Below are positions 59,408 to 64,000 of a stretch of 64,000 nucleotides of DNA, piece by piece. The position numbers were made by a program, and so were the translations under genes. The notes under the pieces are model-generated. The model was not told where the DNA came from. It saw only the letters and a program-made list of their open reading frames with translations, and did no database searches. The stretch's first letter is position 1. Each line of letters begins with the position of its first letter. Source of the DNA: Deltaproteobacteria bacterium (GTDB lineage: Bacteria; Desulfobacterota; GWC2-55-46; JAJCZF01). The stretch spans positions 3,378 to 67,377 of the forward strand of contig JAJCZG010000119.1 of NCBI GenBank assembly GCA_029262475.1. The letters are read 5' to 3'.

Positions 59408-60859
59408 CTAGAGCTTCGCCCTCTTCTGGTGCCACTCGGTCCCGGTCTCGTAAGCGTGCGCCGCCCTTAGGACCGTCGCCTCGTCTAACGTATTACCTAT
59501 AATCTGAAGCCCTATCGGGAGCCCCTCGGTGGTAAATCCGCAGGGAAGAGAGATCGCAGGAATACCGGCAAGGCTCGAAGAAATTGTAAATATATCCGAT
59601 AGGTACATCGTGAGCGGGTCGCTGGTCTTCTCGCCAATTTTAAAGGCCGCCGTCGGTGCCGTTGGAGTTAGCATTATATCGCACTCCTTAAAGGCAAGGT
59701 CGAAGTCGCGTTTTATGAGCGCCCTTACCTGGCTTGCCTTCTTGTAGTAGGCGTCGTAGTACCCGGAAGAGAGCGCGTAGGTTCCGAGCATAATCCGCCT
59801 CTTCACCTCCGCCCCGAAGCCCCGGTCGCGCGTCTTCTTATACATCTCAAGGAGCCCGTCTCCGTCGTCCACCCTCTGGCCGTACCTAACTCCGTCGTAG
59901 CGGGCGAGGTTACTTGAGGCCTCGGCCGTGGCGACTATATAATAGACGCTTACGGCGTACTCCGTATGCGGGAGGCTTATATCGACAATTTCGGCGCCCT
60001 GATCCTTAAAGAAGTTAATCGCATTCTGTACGGCGGTCGAGACCTCGCCGTCTATCCCGTCTATGAAATACTCTCCGGGTATGCCTACGCGAAGTCCCTT
60101 TACCCCACCGCCGAGACCGGCGGTATAGTCCGGGACAGGGAGGTCTATGGATGTGGATTCCCTGGGGTCGAAGCCCGCTATCACGCCAAGGAGCTCGGCT
60201 GCGTCCCTCACGTTCCTCGTAATAGGACCGGCCTGGTCGAGTGAAGATGCGAAGGCTATCATGCCGTACCTCGATACCCTTCCGTATGTGGGTTTTAAGC
60301 CCACCACGCCGCAGCATGCAGCCGGCTGTCTTATGGAACCTCCTGTGTCGGTCCCGATGCTCGCAATGCACTCGCCCGCCGCAACCGATGCCGCCGAGCC
60401 GCCGCTTGAGCCGCCCGGAACCCTCGTAAGATCCCAAGGGTTCTTCGTCTTCTTGTAGGCGGAATTCTCCGTGGAAGAGCCCATTGCGAACTCGTCCATG
60501 TTATTTTTGCCGATTATTACCGCACCGGCCTCTTTGAGCTTCCTTACGACCGTCGCGTCGTATGGAGGCACAAAACCTTCGAGTATCCTGGAGCCGCATG
60601 TAGTCGGCGTGCCTTTTGTACAGAAGATATCCTTTACGGATACCGGTATGCCTGTCAAAGAGGTGATTTCTCCGTCGCCGTTCATGCGGTTATCGGCTGT
60701 ATCCGAAGCCTCAAGGGCCTCGTCTTTCGAAACAGTGATGAAAGCGCCGACACTATCATCGACTTCGTCGATGCGGCGAAGGAAGGCTTCCGTAAGCCCC
60801 TTTGAAGTAAGCTCCCTGTTTCTAAACCTTTCCTGCAATTCTTCTATAGTTCCAAGCAA
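59408..60859 (-). CDS. gatA: Asp/Glu-tRNA amidotransferase subunit A
   Basis: [28 protein letters not shown]. Confidence 0.97.
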   Translation of the reverse strand: MLGTIEELQERFRNRELTSKGLTEAFLRRIDEVDDSVGAFITVSKDEALEASDTADNRMNGDGEITSLTGIPVSVKDIFCTKGTPTTCGSRILEGFVPPYDATVVRKLKEAGAVIIGKNNMDEFAMGSSTENSAYKKTKNPWDLTRVPGGSSGGSAASVAAGECIASIGTDTGGSIRQPAACCGVVGLKPTYGRVSRYGMIAFASSLDQAGPITRNVRDAAELLGVIAGFDPRESTSIDLPVPDYTAGLGGGVKGLRVGIPGEYFIDGIDGEVSTAVQNAINFFKDQGAEIVDISLPHTEYAVSVYYIVATAEASSNLARYDGVRYGQRVDDGDGLLEMYKKTRDRGFGAEVKRRIMLGTYALSSGYYDAYYKKASQVRALIKRDFDLAFKECDIMLTPTAPTAAFKIGEKTSDPLTMYLSDIFTISSSLAGIPAISLPCGFTTEGLPIGLQIIGNTLDEATVLRAAHAYETGTEWHQKRAKL

Positions 60860-60900
60860 TTTATAATCCCCTGTCTGTACTTGACTTCGTTATAAAAAAT

Positions 60901-61188
60901 TTATTCGATTATCTTCGGCACCTTGAACGAATCCCGCGCGCTCAGTGGAGAGTTCTTGAGGGCGTCTTCGTTCATAAGCCCTTTTATCACGACATCCTCA
61001 CGCATCCTTCCACTTACCGGCGCGGTCGTCGTAATCGGCTCCACACCCTCGGTGTCGAGCTCGGATATCTTCTCTACATGGGCGAGTATTCTCTGGAGCT
61101 GGCCGGTATAGAGTTCGACATCCTCGTCGGTCGGGCTAAGGCGCGCAAGGGCGGCCACGTGCCTGACGTCTTTACTTGTAATTGCCAT
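60901..61188 (-). CDS. gatC: Asp/Glu-tRNA amidotransferase subunit C
   Basis: VRHVAALARL, LDTEGVEP, MRED, FKVPKI. Confidence 0.95.
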   Translation of the reverse strand: MAITSKDVRHVAALARLSPTDEDVELYTGQLQRILAHVEKISELDTEGVEPITTTAPVSGRMREDVVIKGLMNEDALKNSPLSARDSFKVPKIIE

Positions 61189-61235
61189 CTTCTACCACCT
61201 TTTACCTTTTGTTTTATATAATACAGATTTTAATG

Positions 61236-61264
61236 AATCTACCATATTATAGCAAGCCTTTCAA
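61236..61264 (-). promoter_or_regulatory. sigma70-type promoter of gatCAB
   Basis: TTGAAA-17 nt-TAGATT with upstream TG. Confidence 0.5.
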
Positions 61265-61396
61265 GGACTGAGGCTTGCGGCGGCTTCTTCCACCCGGGCC
61301 TTCTTTCCCCTCCGGCATGACGCTCCGGCGGGCCGGGTGGATGAAAAGAGGCACGCTTGACCCTACCATCACGGCCCGTACGCCACGCCTTTGAGC

Positions 61397-62632
61397 TTAA
61401 TCCCGGAAGAGAAACTCCCGCCTCTCCTCCGCGGTCTCTACGTAAAGCGCGTCTATCGCCGCCACTGTATCCGGGTGGGCGCGGTAGAGGGCGTCGCGCT
61501 CCTTCCTCAAGGCCAGAAGATGAGCTTCGATATTACGGCTGTCTATCCTGACGCCGAAGCCGCTGCCTGCGGGTGCGCTCCCGGAGGCCGGCTCATCCGG
61601 GGCCTCAAATAAACGCCTAAGTATAAGTTCCCCGAGTTCGCTTCTATAATGGCTTGGTTCCCAGTACCAGCGCATCTCTACCTCCGGGTCTTCGGCCGCG
61701 CCGAAATTTTCGCTATTTACGGGATTGTAGCCAGAAAAATCCCATAGCGCCAAAGGCTCCTTACCGGGGCCGGTTGAAGCCTCTTCGGCCAGAATCGACG
61801 TAAGCTCCCTCTTCCAGCGTTCGAACTCGGAATACGCCCCGGAGACTCTCATGATCTCAAGCTGAAAGGCGTGGACGGGTGAGATGAAGATCTTTAGCTC
61901 CACGCCAGAGTCCCTCGCCCTCTTTACGGCCTTTTTGAAGAGGGCGACCGGCTCGGGTGTATAGGAAACCCTGGAATAAAAGCTCTTCTTTATGATCGAA
62001 CTGCGTAGTATCGCCATAAAGCTGCGCCTCTCCTTACCGGGCCTGTTAAAGTCCATATCCTTCTTATGCCCAAGCAGCGTATAGTCGGCCCTTCGCCCCC
62101 TCGTGTTGTCCTTAACTGTGGCTATACTCCTTTGAAATTCGTCTATGGAAATAAGGCGCGTTAGCCGCCCGGCGCCTGCATCGCCGGAGAAGGCGGACTG
62201 GTAGAAATCCCCTATCCCCTTCATATCCACTAAAAAATTAAAGAAATCGAGCGAGAGAACGATCAATTTCACCTCACCTCTTGATAAAGCCAGGTCAAGG
62301 GCCCGCTCCACCTCATAGAATGTTGAGCCCAGGAGCGAGGCGTTATAGACCTTACGCCCCCCGAAGAAGGGGCTAAGGGGATCCAACCCTATCTCGGCCC
62401 TTGAGGTGCCTACTATTACGGTATTAAAATCACCGGATAAAAGGGCCGTGGCCTTGTCGTACCTCCCGCCGCCCTCCATAAGCTCGGTCTTTTCGTGGTT
62501 AAACCCCTCTATATCCACGTAGCCGTATACCCCGGCCGGGTCCACGATGAGCGTAAAGGCCGCCATGAAGATAAGGCCACCGAATAAAATGACGAGGAGA
62601 GCGGCTATATACTTTTTAAATGACTTTTCCAT
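61397..62632 (-). CDS. Membrane-anchored SGNH-like partner of MBOAT acyltransferase
   Basis: N-terminal TM + VDP, IVGTSR, YNA, DFSG, WEPSH. Confidence 0.65.
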   Translation of the reverse strand: MEKSFKKYIAALLVILFGGLIFMAAFTLIVDPAGVYGYVDIEGFNHEKTELMEGGGRYDKATALLSGDFNTVIVGTSRAEIGLDPLSPFFGGRKVYNASLLGSTFYEVERALDLALSRGEVKLIVLSLDFFNFLVDMKGIGDFYQSAFSGDAGAGRLTRLISIDEFQRSIATVKDNTRGRRADYTLLGHKKDMDFNRPGKERRSFMAILRSSIIKKSFYSRVSYTPEPVALFKKAVKRARDSGVELKIFISPVHAFQLEIMRVSGAYSEFERWKRELTSILAEEASTGPGKEPLALWDFSGYNPVNSENFGAAEDPEVEMRWYWEPSHYRSELGELILRRLFEAPDEPASGSAPAGSGFGVRIDSRNIEAHLLALRKERDALYRAHPDTVAAIDALYVETAEERREFLFRD

Positions 62633-62638
62633 AACTCC

Positions 62639-64000
62639 CTAAAACTGAAAATACAGGAACTCGCTCACCCTTACGAGGTTGGCGATCGAAACCAGGCAGA
62701 GAACCCCTGTAATGACGGCCCATAGAATAGACGGCTTCCACGCTTGCCAGCTCCGAAGCTCCTCGGGGCGGCGCATCTCGCCGGTTATGGCGGGGCTAAA
62801 GCGTCTCATAACCTCCTGGGTATTCGGAAATACCCATGCGATAAGCAATACGGCAATGATCCATATCAGGGCGTCGTCCCCCTCGAAGAGCCTGTACCCG
62901 GTGAATTTAACGCCCCACTCCGCAAGCGTAGGGCCGAAGGAGTCCCACTTCTCAAGATAGGTTTTATAGAGGGCCACGCCGTTTAGACCCGCCATGCCCT
63001 TTAAAATCTCTTTGGCGGCGCCAAAGGATTCGGCCCTGAAGAAGACCCATGAGACGACAACGGCAAGGAAAGTGAGGAGCGTTCCAGCGTAGCGTCCGGC
63101 AGTAGTGCTCCTGGTAAGGTCGTGGCCGAAGAGACCCTTTCTCGCGGCCTGCCATGCGTGGTTAATGACGAGGTATACGCCGTGGAGCACGCCCCAGAAG
63201 ACGAAGGTCCAGCCCGCTCCGTGCCAGAGCCCGGCTAAGAACATCGTAACGAAGAGGTTAATGAGCGTCACGTATCCCCCCCTTCTGCTGCCGCCGAGCG
63301 GGAAGTAGATATAATCCCTGAAAAAGCGCGAGAGCGTTATGTGCCATCTCCGCCAGAAGTCTATAATATTTACGGCCTTATAAGGCGAGTTAAAGTTTAT
63401 CGGTAGCTTTACGCCGAATAACCTGGCGAGCCCTATGGCCATATCCGAATAGCCCGAAAAGTCGAAGTAGAGCTGCATGGTATAGCCGAGCGCCGCGCTC
63501 CAGGACTCGAAGAACGTCGGGTGAGCGCCGGCCAGAGCGGCGTCGAAGACGGGAGAGGAGAAGAGCGCGATGTTATCGGCGATTATCACCTTCTTAAAGA
63601 GCCCTATGGAGAAGATCGTTAACCCGACGGCGATATCCTCGCCCCTAAGGTTGAAACCACCCTCCCTCTCAGACGTTTCAAATTGGGGCATCATCTCCTT
63701 ATGATGCACTATCGGGCCCGCGATAAGCTGCGGGAAAAACGTCACGAAGAGACAGTACCCGTAGAAATTATACTCGCTCGCCTCCCCCCTGTAGGCGTCT
63801 ATGAGATAGGCTATCTGCTGAAAGGTAAAGAACGATATCCCTAGCGGTAGCACGATCGGCGCAAGCTCCATAAACGAGCCGTCCGACACGGCGTTTAGAT
63901 TATCGACGAAGAAGTTCGCGTACTTAAAGTAACCGATAAGCGCAAGGTTTACGAATATACCGAAGTAAAGGGGCCACTTTGAGGTGGCTGAAGCAAGGCG
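62639..64000 (-). CDS. MBOAT-family O-acyltransferase (AlgI/PatA-like), 5' end outside window
   Basis: Frame open to window edge (YFKY); LPLGISFFTFQ, FFPQLIAGP, FDFSGYSD, FWRRWH, GLWHGA, FLYFQF. Confidence 0.93.
   Translation of the reverse strand, partial: RLASATSKWPLYFGIFVNLALIGYFKYANFFVDNLNAVSDGSFMELAPIVLPLGISFFTFQQIAYLIDAYRGEASEYNFYGYCLFVTFFPQLIAGPIVHHKEMMPQFETSEREGGFNLRGEDIAVGLTIFSIGLFKKVIIADNIALFSSPVFDAALAGAHPTFFESWSAALGYTMQLYFDFSGYSDMAIGLARLFGVKLPINFNSPYKAVNIIDFWRRWHITLSRFFRDYIYFPLGGSRRGGYVTLINLFVTMFLAGLWHGAGWTFVFWGVLHGVYLVINHAWQAARKGLFGHDLTRSTTAGRYAGTLLTFLAVVVSWVFFRAESFGAAKEILKGMAGLNGVALYKTYLEKWDSFGPTLAEWGVKFTGYRLFEGDDALIWIIAVLLIAWVFPNTQEVMRRFSPAITGEMRRPEELRSWQAWKPSILWAVITGVLCLVSIANLVRVSEFLYFQF

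Overview
Bacterial chromosomal segment, mostly core metabolism, with Desulfobacterota/Deltaproteobacteria-like gene order (inference from the Geobacter-like hem and gmhA neighbourhoods). In order: partial YbdK-type ligase, cupin, DUF2156, radical SAM, aminopeptidase, metallophosphoesterase; gmhA-(DHS-like)-argH-lipoprotein-lysA-dapF-dapA-dapB; two tandem paralogous GT-C-like membrane proteins plus a CxxCH-bearing DsbC; a Zn-ribbon/linker/TM/TPR protein; tRNA-Thr(CGT); a GAF-GGDEF cyclase; a TPP-riboswitch-led thiamine operon; an ANTAR regulator; a GT2-DUF2304-GT-C cassette; tRNA-Leu(CAG); tal-fadD-DUF4139-rnr-ubiB; ribF-aroE-lpxH; a heme operon; mscS, HDOD, Rrf2, gatCAB and a partial MBOAT pair. 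No CRISPR, rRNA, integrase or transposase was seen. Strongest leads: (1) a full-length HydG-type radical SAM enzyme (auxiliary CX2CX22C motif and dangler-iron His kept) sits in the ThiH position of the thiamine operon; (2) both coproheme decarboxylase types (AhbD and ChdC-like) are adjacent and each carries an N-terminal His-Pro repeat arm; (3) the tandem GT-C/LamG-like pair with a heme-motif DsbC. All calls come from reading motifs by eye; no database search was run.
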